A stretch of DNA of 32,000 bases, taken from Synechococcus elongatus PCC 6301. Lineage in GTDB: Bacteria; Cyanobacteriota; Cyanobacteriia; Synechococcales; Synechococcaceae. A model generated the notes under the pieces. The model was given only the letters and a program-made list of their open reading frames with translations. It had not been told where the DNA came from and ran no database searches. The translations under genes were made by a program, and so were the position numbers. Below are positions 1 through 9,597 of the stretch, piece by piece; position 1 is the first letter of the stretch; the number at the start of each line of letters is the position of its first letter. The stretch spans positions 960,001 through 992,000 of the forward strand of contig NC_006576.1 in NCBI RefSeq assembly GCF_000010065.1. The letters run 5' to 3'.

Positions 1-1894
1 CATGCTCAGACAAGGTGGGATGCTCAGGAGCCCTAGCGCCTGGGACGGGGAGCCTGTTTGGGGCGATCGCCCAACCCTCGACAGCATAGAGGGCGACTTC
101 GCCATACCCCCGAATTGCAGAGCGCCCCAGCGATCGCGTTTGCAGGCGATCGCCGAGCACCTGCAGCAGGGCTTGACTGATCACAATCGGGGCTTGGAGT
201 TCCTTGGTCATACTTTCCAAGCGACTGGCCAAGTTGACCGTATCGCCCATCACTGTGAATTCCAGCCGCTGTGGCGAGCCAATGTTTCCTGCAAGGACCG
301 GCCCACAGTGCATGCCGATGCCGTTATCGAGGGTAGGTCGTCCTTCCGCTTGCCAGCGTTGGTTGAGCTCATGAAGTGCCTGGCGCATCGCCAAAGCAGC
401 GTCAATTGCAGCGGTAGCATCAGCCGCTTCGCCTTGCGAGAGCGGCGAGCCAAACACCGCCATAACGGCATCACCGATGAATTTATCGATCGTGCCGCCG
501 ACTTGGGTAATGGCGGCCACCATGGCGGTCAGATATTCGTTGAGTTGGTTGATCAGCGCTTCTTCATCGCCCAAGCTGGCACGATCGCGGGTCAAGGCAG
601 TAAAGCCGCGCAGATCACAGAACAGGACGGTGACAACTCTCCGCTGGCCTCGCAGCAACTGCTGAGCTTCGAGGGGGCTCTGGAGAATTTCTGCTACCAC
701 CGCTGGCGCAACATAGCGCTCAAAGGTTTGACGGAGGCGACGACGCTCGACCCCTTCTCGGAGATAGGCCGCCGCACCCGTGCTGACCCCAATCGTCAAA
801 CTCCCTACCAGCGGCAACAACAGGGGTAAGGCCCAACCCACCAGTAAGCTGACCCAAGCGACGCCTAGCCAGAGCAGAGCACCGCCGATCGACGGGGCAA
901 TCTGCCAGCGCAGCGATCGCCCTCGTTGGGACAACAGCACGATTGCAATCAGAAACAAACTAATTAGTAAGGCTCGGAGGGAAGCAGATTGGGGCCAGAA
1001 CCGCAGCCCGGAGCGATCGCGATCGTTAGCGAGGGCGGTGGCTAAAATTTCGACTCCGGCCTGAACACCCCAAGGGGTCGCATGCTGATCCTGCAAGGAG
1101 GCAGCAGTGGGGCCAATCAAAATGAGGCGATCGCGCACTCGGCCTTGAATCCGCTGCCACTCAGCATCATCCAAAACTTGCCAGGCTGAAATCTGCGGTA
1201 GGTGCCCGCGTGGGCCGTAGTAGCGCAGAGCACGGGCCGGCGATTGCTGCGTCTGTAAAGTCTCAGGCAAACTGGGCAAGAGCGGCAGCCCGAGAGGTTC
1301 AACGACCGTTTCGCGGTAGCGAGCAGGGTGATCGAGGATTTGGCCGTTATCCGCGGGTAGCGTATTGATGTAGCCGACTCGCAGATTGGGACCGAGGGTT
1401 TCAGTCAAGGAGCCTAGGCTCAATCCGCCCCCACTGCCATCCGGCTCGCGATACTCCGTCGCCAAGCTGATGCGATCGCCGTAGCGCTGTAGCCGCTGGG
1501 CCAGAGCCGCATCATCAGCAGGCCCAAAGGCGCTAGGCGTCACAAACAGGAGGTCGATCGCGATCGCCCGAGCACCGGCAGCAAACAGGCGATCGATGAT
1601 TTGGGCATAGATTGCTCGCGGCCACGGGAAGCCCTCTAAGTCTTGCGCCCAGGCCGGAGCACGGGGATCATCCCGAAAGAAGGCCGCTTGATCAAAGCTG
1701 GCATCGTCGATTTTGACGATCAGCAAATCATTGGGCGCTGGGCGTGTGCCCTGCAGCAGTAACAACTGCTGTTGCAACGCTCGGTCGGTCCGCTGCAACG
1801 TGCGGGGCATCCAAGCGGTCAAACCACCCAACAGCAGGCTGGCCGTGATCAATAAGCGCCAGCACCAACGATCGATCGGGTTGGACTGCATCAT
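1..1894 (-). CDS. CHASE2-domain adenylate/guanylate cyclase (class III), truncated at the left window edge
   Basis: Minus-strand reading from tandem ATGs at 1894 gives MMQSNPIDRWCWRLLITASLLLGG...NDLLIVKIDDASF (CHASE2-like N-terminus). The same frame continues to LEFTVMGDTVNLASRLESMTKELQAPIVIS, a class III cyclase catalytic motif, near 170-260. It is absent from the ORF track because it runs off the edge. Confidence 0.88.
   Translation of the reverse strand, partial: MMQSNPIDRWCWRLLITASLLLGGLTAWMPRTLQRTDRALQQQLLLLQGTRPAPNDLLIVKIDDASFDQAAFFRDDPRAPAWAQDLEGFPWPRAIYAQIIDRLFAAGARAIAIDLLFVTPSAFGPADDAALAQRLQRYGDRISLATEYREPDGSGGGLSLGSLTETLGPNLRVGYINTLPADNGQILDHPARYRETVVEPLGLPLLPSLPETLQTQQSPARALRYYGPRGHLPQISAWQVLDDAEWQRIQGRVRDRLILIGPTAASLQDQHATPWGVQAGVEILATALANDRDRSGLRFWPQSASLRALLISLFLIAIVLLSQRGRSLRWQIAPSIGGALLWLGVAWVSLLVGWALPLLLPLVGSLTIGVSTGAAAYLREGVERRRLRQTFERYVAPAVVAEILQSPLEAQQLLRGQRRVVTVLFCDLRGFTALTRDRASLGDEEALINQLNEYLTAMVAAITQVGGTIDKFIGDAVMAVFGSPLSQGEAADATAAIDAALAMRQALHELNQRWQAEGRPTLDNGIGMHCGPVLAGNIGSPQRLEFTVMGDTVNLASRLESMTKELQAPIVISQALLQVLGDRLQTRSLGRSAIRGYGEVALYAVEGWAIAPNRLPVPGARAPEHPTLSEH
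130..153. repeat. Example pair of HIP1 palindromes (GCGATCGC); many more copies throughout the window
   Basis: GCGATCGC at 130-137 and 146-153; others read directly at e.g. 17592-17599 and 19365-19372. Confidence 0.9.
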
Positions 1895-2013
1895 CCGTTC
1901 TCAGCGCGCGACTGCTCAGCCCAACAGGGCCACAAGCGTCAAGTCCAATGTCAGTGGCAGCGTAACACCTTCGCGCGATCGCCCTTCAAGCCCAATTGAA
2001 AAGAGGCCACAGC

Positions 2014-2937
2014 TTAGAAAAAGAACGGAAGGCGCGGAACTGAAGGGGTTGGGATGCCGGGAATACCAGGCAAACCCACGCCCGGAAAGAGAATTTGGTA
2101 CTGGTTCAGAATGCTGGACAAACCGGGTAGTGGCTCCTGGTAGCCACTGAAGAGTTGGCCTTGCAGCAAGCCCGCAAAATCGCCCGCTGTCAGCTGCAAA
2201 ATGGTCAGCAGAACCCCCTCTGGGCTGAGTTGCAGCTGCTGACCAGCCTGCAGAACGACCGTCTCGCCCTCACTTTCGGGGAAGGTCTCAATCGGATCGC
2301 CCGGCTCCGTCAGCGTGGGATCGGTAGACAGCGAGGAGGCACCTCCGTTGCTCGGCGGTGCCGGAATCTGTCCAGCAGGATTGTTGCCGCCAGGAACTTG
2401 AATGGTCGGATCGCCCGGCTCCTTCAAGTTGGGATTGGTGGTCAGGGTCGGGTCAGGATTGGTGTCCCCAGCACCGGGTTGGCCCTTAAAGGTGGTAACA
2501 GCGACCTGACCTTCGAGCACCGAGATATTGGTGGTTCCATCCTCAGCCACTTCGACGACGTAGTTTGTCCCCCGCACACTCAGCCGAGCCGATTTTGTGC
2601 AGCCATTTTGGGGGCCAGAAATCAGAATTTGCCCGCGACTGATCTGAAAGCAACGGGAACCAATTTTGATGACAGACTGTTGCCCCAGCCGCCCGATCGC
2701 CTGATCACTAAAGCGGAGTTGAGTGCGGGAAGCGCCGGTTCGAACGACCTGATCACGATTGGCACGACTGTTGATTGGGACTTGGCGATTGTTAATGAAG
2801 ACTTGGTTGCCGTCCAGAATTTCCACAATGGTGGCTTGATCGGCCGCGATCGCCGGGCTACCCACGAGCCCAGCACCACTGCCCAACAGTGCCAAGCCCA
2901 AGAGCCTACGAGTCCATGCGATCGCCATATTTGCCAC
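2014..2937 (-). CDS. FecR-domain protein, probably exported (signal/TM segment at N-terminus); start may be ATG at 2928 rather than GTG at 2937
   Basis: ORF of 307 aa with a hydrophobic N-terminus and FecR-like pattern: GDQVFINNRQVPINSRANRDQVVRTGASRTQLRF...SVRGTNYVVEVAEDGTTNISVLEGQVAV. Proline/glycine-rich C-terminus. Confidence 0.75.
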   Translation of the reverse strand: MANMAIAWTRRLLGLALLGSGAGLVGSPAIAADQATIVEILDGNQVFINNRQVPINSRANRDQVVRTGASRTQLRFSDQAIGRLGQQSVIKIGSRCFQISRGQILISGPQNGCTKSARLSVRGTNYVVEVAEDGTTNISVLEGQVAVTTFKGQPGAGDTNPDPTLTTNPNLKEPGDPTIQVPGGNNPAGQIPAPPSNGGASSLSTDPTLTEPGDPIETFPESEGETVVLQAGQQLQLSPEGVLLTILQLTAGDFAGLLQGQLFSGYQEPLPGLSSILNQYQILFPGVGLPGIPGIPTPSVPRLPFFF

Positions 2938-2996
2938 TCCGCTGCAGTCACCGTTGCCCCTATTACATCAGCTTTGTCAGCTTCTGACGCTAACCT

Positions 2997-4589
2997 TTAA
3001 CGTCCGGTAGGAATTGGCAAGTTAGGGGGCAACTCCCCACGGGCAGGCGCTGCTGGATCATCAGGCAAAATCAGCGGCGGGCGCGCTTGCTCCCAGGCCC
3101 GAATTTGCGCTTGGGCAGCGTTGTAGAGCGGTCGGCCCGGCGGAATCTGCTGAGCAATCCGAATGGCGCTGTCCCAATCTTGACTGGCGGCAAAGGCTTG
3201 GGCTTGGGTTAGTAGTTCGCGATCGCCCTGAGCATCGATCTGCAGTTGCCAGTTCTGAACTCTCACTTGAGCAGCAGTGTATAGGGCCCGTCCCGGAAAG
3301 ATGCGCTGAGCGGTGGCGATCGCCTCCAGCAGTTTTCCTTCCGCTGCTAAGCGATCGGCGGTTTGGAGTGTCGGCTGATCTTCGCTCTGCTCAATCCGTG
3401 CCTGCCAACTTTGCTGCAGGCGTTTGACCTGGGCCGAGCGGGGATTAGTCTCGGCAATCAGCCGAATGGAGCTTAGGGCTTGAAGCAGGTCCTCGATGCG
3501 TCCGCTGGCCGCTAATTGCTCTGCTTGGGCTAAGCGCCGGAGGTCCTCGATTTCCGATTGCCAGCGGCTGCTGTACTGCTGAATCACCGTTGCTAAGGGG
3601 CGATCGCGGGGATAGGTTGCTGCCACCGCCACAGCCTTGGCCAAGTCTGGCACTTCACCGCTCCAAGTTCGTACTTGCCACGTCTGCAATTGCTGGAGAT
3701 CCTGTGCGGTGGATTGGAGGGCAGGAACCGTTTGCAGGGTTGTAATCACCTGTTCCACCGCAGTCAACTGCCGCTGATCGAGGGCAGTTTTGGCCAAATC
3801 CACCAAGCGATCGCCGGTCCGCTTGAGGTTGGCATCCGCCACATCTCGCACCGGGCTGGTCGTTGGCACTGTCTGGAGCTGCCGCACCGCCGCCAATAGA
3901 CTGTCCAGATCGCCCTTCCTCAACTGCTGCGCCACAGTTGGGAAGGGACCTTTGGGCGATCGCACGGCAGCAATTCGCCGGTTGAGTGATTCATAGCGCT
4001 GACTGTTCCAGTAGCGACTTTCATTCGCCAACAGGCCTGAGGCCAGAGCTGCCGCCCGATCCCACTGCAGTTGCAAAAGCTCTGCTTCCGCTTCCGCGAC
4101 CAATTGCTCCGCCGCTGTCCAGAGTTGAGGCCACTGCTCCAGCCGCTCGGTCACGGCAGTTTGGGCACAATCGCGATCGCGGCACTTTACCGTCGGGATC
4201 TGCTTCAAGATGGCAACTGCAGCGGCAAGATCACCCTGATCGAGCTTGACTTTGGCGAGATCGATCGCCTGCCAGGTCCACTGCTCGATGTAACGCTGCG
4301 CCGTGTCGAAGAGTGGGTCGGATGCCGGAATGGTCTGGGCCAGAAACAACGCCTGCTGCAAACTGGCCAATTGCCCTTGTTGCGCCTGTTGCCCAGCGCA
4401 GTAGAGCCGCTCAGCCACGGGAGCCAGCCACCAAATCCAAAAGCGGCCACAGGGCTCGTTACGGGGCTGCACCAACAGCAGCGAAAGCGATCCTGCGGCC
4501 AGAGCCAGCAGCCCCAAACTCAACCGTCGGGACCAGACTCGCTCAGCCTGTTGCAAGGATTCGAGCGAGGCAGTCGGTTGACTCGACAT
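2997..4589 (-). CDS. Conserved hypothetical membrane-anchored protein with TPR-like or helical repeats
   Basis: ORF 2997..4679; the more likely start is MSSQPTASLESLQ at 4589. One N-terminal TM segment (LSLGLLALAAGSLSLLLV), then repeated 'A...AQQIPPGRPLYNAAQAQIRAW' units. Confidence 0.65.
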   Translation of the reverse strand: MSSQPTASLESLQQAERVWSRRLSLGLLALAAGSLSLLLVQPRNEPCGRFWIWWLAPVAERLYCAGQQAQQGQLASLQQALFLAQTIPASDPLFDTAQRYIEQWTWQAIDLAKVKLDQGDLAAAVAILKQIPTVKCRDRDCAQTAVTERLEQWPQLWTAAEQLVAEAEAELLQLQWDRAAALASGLLANESRYWNSQRYESLNRRIAAVRSPKGPFPTVAQQLRKGDLDSLLAAVRQLQTVPTTSPVRDVADANLKRTGDRLVDLAKTALDQRQLTAVEQVITTLQTVPALQSTAQDLQQLQTWQVRTWSGEVPDLAKAVAVAATYPRDRPLATVIQQYSSRWQSEIEDLRRLAQAEQLAASGRIEDLLQALSSIRLIAETNPRSAQVKRLQQSWQARIEQSEDQPTLQTADRLAAEGKLLEAIATAQRIFPGRALYTAAQVRVQNWQLQIDAQGDRELLTQAQAFAASQDWDSAIRIAQQIPPGRPLYNAAQAQIRAWEQARPPLILPDDPAAPARGELPPNLPIPTGR

Positions 4590-4617
4590 AACAGACTTCA
4601 ATTCAGCCTCAACCGGC

Positions 4618-5454
4618 CTAAAGATAGCGTGGCCGCATCTCCTGATTTTGCTGCAGGATTGCGGCGATCGCCGGTTCATCGGCGGCGGCGATCGCAGTCT
4701 TTAGGCGTTCCAGCTGGATCTGATAGCGATCGATCTGCTCGAGCAGTGCTGCTTGGTTATAGCGAGCCATCATTACCCCCAGCTCTGGATTGCCGCCACC
4801 CACCCGACTCGTATCGCAGAAGCCAGAGCTAGCGAGAGTGGCTGCCAAGGTTTGCACCGCCGGATCCGGTTCCTGCAGACAGGTCTGAATCAGGCTGGCG
4901 CTGATAAAGACCGGCAAATGGGAAATCGTGGCCACCGCGCGATCGTGGCTGGCGGGGTCGCAGTGCAGCACCACCGATCCCAGTTCCTGTGCCAACTGTG
5001 CAACCACCGCGATCGCCGCTGGATCCGTCTGGTCAGTGGGCGTCAGCACGTAGGGCCGATTCTGGAACAGGCCCCGCAGTGCGGCTTCAATCCCATTTTC
5101 AGCAGTGCCCGCCATCGGGTGCCCCCCCACAAAGCGCGGCCAGAGGGGGTCCAAGGCAGCCACGATCGGCTGTTTAACCGAGCCGACATCGGTGACGATC
5201 GCCTCCGGATGCCAGTAATCCCGCAATTCCCGCACGGTCGTTTCCAGCACCCCCAAGGGGGTCGCCAAGACGATCACTTCAGCCTCTGTCAGCACAGCTG
5301 GATTTGGACTGGCATGGTCGACAACGCCCCGCGCGATCGCCCGCTCACAGGTCGCAGGACGACGACTGTAGCCCAAGAGCCTGTGACCGCGATCGCGCCA
5401 ATCAAACCCCAGAGAGCCGCCAATCAGGCCCAGTCCAACAATGCCGATGCGCAT
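4618..5454 (-). CDS. tyrA: Arogenate/prephenate dehydrogenase
   Basis: Start MRIGIVGLGLIGGSLGFDWRDRGHRLLGYSR (Rossmann GxGxxG) at 5454; also TDVGSVKQPIVAAL and FVGGHPMAGTAENGIEAA, typical of TyrA dehydrogenases. Confidence 0.85.
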   Translation of the reverse strand: MRIGIVGLGLIGGSLGFDWRDRGHRLLGYSRRPATCERAIARGVVDHASPNPAVLTEAEVIVLATPLGVLETTVRELRDYWHPEAIVTDVGSVKQPIVAALDPLWPRFVGGHPMAGTAENGIEAALRGLFQNRPYVLTPTDQTDPAAIAVVAQLAQELGSVVLHCDPASHDRAVATISHLPVFISASLIQTCLQEPDPAVQTLAATLASSGFCDTSRVGGGNPELGVMMARYNQAALLEQIDRYQIQLERLKTAIAAADEPAIAAILQQNQEMRPRYL

Positions 5455-5511
5455 AACATCTCTTGCCACTGTTGTTGATCCTACCGACCCCGAGGCCGCT
5501 AGGATGAGCCA

Positions 5512-7017
5512 ATGTTTGAGGTCGAAGTTCACCAATTGCTGCGCCGCTGGCTGCGAGAGCAAACTGCAGAAGATGCCTGGCCGCATCATCTCAGTGTGGC
5601 GCGGCTCGCAGCTCGTTCCTTGCGCCTCCAGCAACCAACGCTGCTACACCTCCCCGCCAGTGGTGGCGATCGCCTCTATCTATGCAGCGTGCTGCTCCCT
5701 CTGTTGCTCTGGCAAGGCCCAGTGGTGATTCTGGCAGCCCCACCCCTGCGCGATCGCCTGCTGCACCGCGAGATTCCTTTACTCCAAAGCCACTTCAACC
5801 TCGCCAAGTCGCTGCTGATTGCCGACCAGCTGCCGCGACCTGATTTCCAAGGCGTTTGGCTAACCGATCTAGACCGCTGGCGATCGCACCAAGCGGACTA
5901 TCCCCACTGGCCCCTAGCCGTGATGGCAGCAGATGACTTTGAAGCCCAATTGATCACTGCAGCGAGCGCTGTGATTACGCCCCAGGATTGGGAAGTGCTG
6001 CGCTGTTGCCAGCCTGCAGCCCAAGGGCAACTGCAAGACTGGCAAGCCCGACTGACTTTCCAACTCTTTCAGCGCCCGATCAATCCTACGGGAACCTATC
6101 GCCTTGAGGCCGCCGACCTAGAACCCCTGCAAATCTGGTTGCGATCGCAGCTTGATTTACCAGCGGCTTGGCAGACCTGGCTACAGGTTCCAGTCCCAGC
6201 TGTGGAGGTGGCCCAGCTCGATCGCGCAACTGGTCAGTTCCAGCTCTGGCGACAGCCCTTGGCGATTGCGGAACTCGCTGCTCCTCTCTGGCGCGATCGC
6301 CCTTTACTCTTGGCCGCTGAAGCCTGTGATGCAGCTGGCCAAGCCCCGGCCTGGATTCGCCGGCTTGGGCTTCCTGATCCTGTCAGCGCCCAGTTTGGTA
6401 GCGATCGTCATGCCCCAGGCCTCCGGCTATTTCTGCCGCGGCAAGCCGTTCTGCCCAACACCCCGCACTTTCAGCAAGCGCTTCTGCACGAATTGCGATT
6501 GCTGCTGCTTTGGCTAGGCAACCAGTCTGTGGTGCTGATTGTCGACGACCGCCCTCTACAGCAGCAGGTCGCCAGCGCTCTCGCAGCGGAATGGGGCAGC
6601 CGAGTTCAAGTAGGCGCCACTGCAAAGTTGGCAGACAACAGCATCCATCTCTGTAGCATGAGCACCTGGCTGGGGCTGCAAAGCCAACGTCCTACACCGA
6701 CGGCGATCGCGATCGCCTCACTGCCCTTTGCCAGTGCTGAACAGCCGCTGACGGCGGCGCGGATTGAATTTTACAAGCAGCAACGCTGGGACTGGTTTCG
6801 AGAGTTCCTGCTCCCCGATGCACTGATGCAACTACAACAGGCGATCGCTCCCCTGCGCAAAAACAGCGGCCTCTTGGCTATCTATGACGGTCGCCTCCAG
6901 CGCCGTAGCTACGGGCAAGCATTCCTTGAAGCGATCGCCCCCAGTGAACACTTGCGCCAGCTCAGCTTTGAGAATCAAGCCAACCCTTGGCTTGCCCCAG
7001 AAGACAGCAGCCTCTGA
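5512..7017 (+). CDS. DinG/XPD-like helicase C-terminal-domain-related protein, apparently degenerate in ATPase motifs
   Basis: 501-aa ORF. C-terminus 'LLPDALMQLQQAIAPLRKNSGLLAIYDGRLQRRSYGQAFLEAI' resembles the DinG/Rad3 C-terminal helicase region. No GxGKT/S Walker A; the corresponding area reads LLHLPASGGDRLYLCSVLL. Confidence 0.6.
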   Translation: MFEVEVHQLLRRWLREQTAEDAWPHHLSVARLAARSLRLQQPTLLHLPASGGDRLYLCSVLLPLLLWQGPVVILAAPPLRDRLLHREIPLLQSHFNLAKSLLIADQLPRPDFQGVWLTDLDRWRSHQADYPHWPLAVMAADDFEAQLITAASAVITPQDWEVLRCCQPAAQGQLQDWQARLTFQLFQRPINPTGTYRLEAADLEPLQIWLRSQLDLPAAWQTWLQVPVPAVEVAQLDRATGQFQLWRQPLAIAELAAPLWRDRPLLLAAEACDAAGQAPAWIRRLGLPDPVSAQFGSDRHAPGLRLFLPRQAVLPNTPHFQQALLHELRLLLLWLGNQSVVLIVDDRPLQQQVASALAAEWGSRVQVGATAKLADNSIHLCSMSTWLGLQSQRPTPTAIAIASLPFASAEQPLTAARIEFYKQQRWDWFREFLLPDALMQLQQAIAPLRKNSGLLAIYDGRLQRRSYGQAFLEAIAPSEHLRQLSFENQANPWLAPEDSSL

Positions 7018-7100
7018 ACCAGGGCTGGCACCTGCGGTGAGGGGCTCGGCCGAGACATGAGATGATCTAGCCAAGGACGTTTTGCAGCCAGAGGATCCCC

Positions 7101-7313
7101 GTGGGAGAAGCTAAGCGCCGTCAAAGCAGCGATGCCAACGCGAAAGCGAATCAACCCCTGTTGCCTGGGCTGCCCATTACCAAACAACAGTCCGAGCAAT
7201 TTATCGCCATCACGACCAAGGGAGCCTGGATCGGCATTGGAGCACTAGTGCTGGTTTGGTTCACCGTCCGCCTGATTGGACCGACCCTAGGCTGGTGGGA
7301 ACTAGCAGACTAG
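7101..7313 (+). CDS. DUF2839-type small membrane protein
   Basis: 70-aa ORF MGEAKRRQSSDANAKANQPLLPGLPITKQQSEQFIAITTKGAWIGIGALVLVWFTVRLIGPTLGWWELAD with one TM helix; matches the cyanobacterial DUF2839 pattern by recall. Confidence 0.7.
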   Translation: MGEAKRRQSSDANAKANQPLLPGLPITKQQSEQFIAITTKGAWIGIGALVLVWFTVRLIGPTLGWWELAD

Positions 7314-7482
7314 ACCCCAACCTGCATCTTCCCCTGCGATCGCGGGAATACTGAGCCCATCGTTAACAGCCACCCGCACAGTTGACAGAAAAAGGGGATC
7401 ACGCTAAACCAAGTCAAAATCTAAGAGGTTAGCCAGCAATCTTAAGAAAGTGTAAAATTGTGACTAGCCCAGGAGAACGATC

Positions 7483-7824
7483 GTGTTCATACGGCTTGCA
7501 GAACAACACCGACAATTCGTTAAAGATCTCGTCATGAGCTTGCAAGCTCTGGCGACTGCTCTCGAGAACCAAGGCTATCTCGCCTCTTGCTACACCTGCG
7601 GTGGGCAAATGAATAGCGCTTCATTCATGGTGAGCTTGGGGAACGACCATCTGATTCGCTTTCTGGTGTCTGACTACGGCATCACTTGGACTGAGATGCG
7701 CGACGATCGCGAGCTGATGAAGCTAGAAGGCGCAGAAGCGATTAGCCAACTCCAAGAGCTGGCCAACCTGATCAAGCAGCAAATCACGCCACAAAACTGC
7801 CAACTCCGCACCCTCAAAGTTTAG
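7483..7824 (+). CDS. DUF1815-type cyanobacterial conserved protein
   Basis: 113-aa ORF MFIRLAEQHRQFVKDLVMSLQALATALENQGYLASCYTCGGQMNSASFMVSLG..., followed by a good terminator. Confidence 0.7.
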   Translation: MFIRLAEQHRQFVKDLVMSLQALATALENQGYLASCYTCGGQMNSASFMVSLGNDHLIRFLVSDYGITWTEMRDDRELMKLEGAEAISQLQELANLIKQQITPQNCQLRTLKV

Positions 7825-7883
7825 GACGTGATTTCCAGCGATCGATTCTCGCTCTTAGCCTACTTCTCCTCTCCTTAGCCTCT

Positions 7884-7910
7884 GGCGGCCCTTCTAGGCC
7901 GCCTTTTTTT
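7884..7910 (+). terminator. Intrinsic terminator downstream of the DUF1815 gene
   Basis: GGCGGCC (7884-7890) - CTTCTA - GGCCGCC (7897-7903) followed by seven T (7904-7910). Confidence 0.8.
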
Positions 7911-8150
7911 GGCCAATTGCGAGCAGCAAGATGGACGCGAGTACCGTATCGGCCGTGGGACAAATGCTCTTGCGATCGCTGCCGAACTGGCAGCGTCTAA
8001 CTGAGACTTTGCGACGAGAGGGCTGCGAGCTGGGACTATTCCACCGCAAGATTCCAGAAAACTAGAGCCGCTCAGTGACTTCTCCCAAACCCACCTGTCG
8101 GTAAGAGCACCCCAGCTGCTCGCAGGCGTTGTCATTCCCCCAGAGATACG

Positions 8151-8180
8151 AAAAAGCCCCTGCCGAGGCAAGGGCTTTTC
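8151..8180 (-). terminator. Intrinsic terminator downstream of psbC
   Basis: Minus strand reads gaaAAGCCCTTGCCtcGGCAGGGGCTTTTT, a GC-rich stem followed by a T run, just after the psbC stop at 8212. Confidence 0.75.
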
Positions 8181-8211
8181 AGACTTTGAGGCTAATGTCC
8201 TGCAGTTGGAA

Positions 8212-9597
8212 TTAGTCGAGGTCTCTCATTGCGAGCACGGGTTCGGTCGCGCGATCGATACCTTTCTCAAAGCCTGCAGCAGCTGCACGAGCGCGGCCTG
8301 CATGCCAGAGGTGACCGACCAAGAAGAAGAAGGCCAAGACGAAGTGGCTGGTCGCCGACCAAGCACGGGGAGACACGAAGTTCACCGAGTTGATTTCCGT
8401 TGCCACACCACCCACAGAGTTCAGCGAACCCAGCGGTGCGTGGGTCATGTACTCAGCCGCACGACGGGCTTGCCAAGGCTGAATGTCATTGGTCAGCTTG
8501 TCGAGATCCAGACCATTCGGTCCACGCAGGGGCTCCAGCCAAGGGCCACGGAAGTCCCAGAAGCGCATGGTTTCGCCACCGAAGATGATCTCGCCGGTAG
8601 GAGAGCGCATCAGGTATTTACCCAGACCGGTCGGGCCTTGAGCTGAACCGATGTTGGCACCGAGGCGTTGGTCACGCACCAAGAAGGTGAAGGCTTGCGA
8701 TTGCGAAGCTTCAGCAGCGGTCGGGCCAAAGAACTCGGAAGGATAGACGGTGTTGTTGTACCAAACCATCGTCGAGGCAATGAAGCCCATCAACGACAGG
8801 GCACCCAAGCTGTAGGAGAGGTAAGCTTCGCCATTCCAGATGAAGGCGCGACGCACCCAGCCAAAAGGCTTGGTCAGGATGTGCCAGATACCACCCGAAA
8901 TGCAGATCAGACCAATCCAGATATGGCCGCCAATCACGTCTTCAAGGTTGTCGACGCTGACAATCCAGCCGTCGCCACCAAAGGGTGATTTCAGCAGGTA
9001 GCCGAAGATCACAGCCGGGTTGAGGGTTGGGTTGGAGATGATGCGGACATCGCCACCACCCGGCGCCCAGGTGTCATAGACACCGCCGAAGAACATGGCC
9101 TTAAAGACCAGCAAGAAGGCACCTAAGCCCAGCAGAATCAGGTGATAACCAATGATGTTGGTCATCTGATTCTTGTCTTTCCAGTCTTGGCTGAAGAAGG
9201 TGCTGTACTCTTCCAGCGACTCAGGGCCGCGCAGGGCGTGGTAGATCCCACCCAAACCCAGAACGGCGGAAGAAATGAGGTGCAGAACCCCAACCACAAA
9301 GTAGGGGAAGGTATCGACGACTTCGCCACCAGGGCCAACGCCCCAGCCGAGGGTCGCCAAGTGCGAGAGCAGGATGATGCCTTGCTCGTACATCGGTTTT
9401 TCGGGGACAAAGTGCGCGACTTCAAACAGCGTCATCGCACCAGCCCAGAAGACGATCAAGCCAGCATGAGCGACGTGAGCGCCCAGCAGCTTACCGGACA
9501 GGTTGATCAAACGGGCATTGCCGGACCACCAAGCGTAACCGGTGGAGTCAATATCCCGGCCGCCTGCGATCACGGAAGGACTAGAGAGCGTTACCAC
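8212..9597 (-). CDS. psbC: Photosystem II CP43 chlorophyll-binding protein; GTG start inside the psbD 3' end
   Basis: 461 aa, [63 protein letters not shown]..., unmistakable CP43. Start codon on the minus strand is GTG at 9597. Confidence 0.98.
   Translation of the reverse strand: MVTLSSPSVIAGGRDIDSTGYAWWSGNARLINLSGKLLGAHVAHAGLIVFWAGAMTLFEVAHFVPEKPMYEQGIILLSHLATLGWGVGPGGEVVDTFPYFVVGVLHLISSAVLGLGGIYHALRGPESLEEYSTFFSQDWKDKNQMTNIIGYHLILLGLGAFLLVFKAMFFGGVYDTWAPGGGDVRIISNPTLNPAVIFGYLLKSPFGGDGWIVSVDNLEDVIGGHIWIGLICISGGIWHILTKPFGWVRRAFIWNGEAYLSYSLGALSLMGFIASTMVWYNNTVYPSEFFGPTAAEASQSQAFTFLVRDQRLGANIGSAQGPTGLGKYLMRSPTGEIIFGGETMRFWDFRGPWLEPLRGPNGLDLDKLTNDIQPWQARRAAEYMTHAPLGSLNSVGGVATEINSVNFVSPRAWSATSHFVLAFFFLVGHLWHAGRARAAAAGFEKGIDRATEPVLAMRDLD

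Noticed and set aside
2-829. 275-aa + strand ORF at the left edge
   Set aside because: Antisense to the CHASE2 cyclase, whose minus-strand frame shows real domain motifs; low-complexity, domain-free product.
2155-3000. 281-aa + strand ORF
   Set aside because: Fully antisense to the FecR-domain gene and codon-bias generated; no recognisable family.
7875-8171. 98-aa minus-strand ORF between the DUF1815 gene and psbC
   Set aside because: It begins within the psbC terminator hairpin and runs to the DUF1815 terminator; Arg/Ser-rich product, no credible ribosome-binding context.
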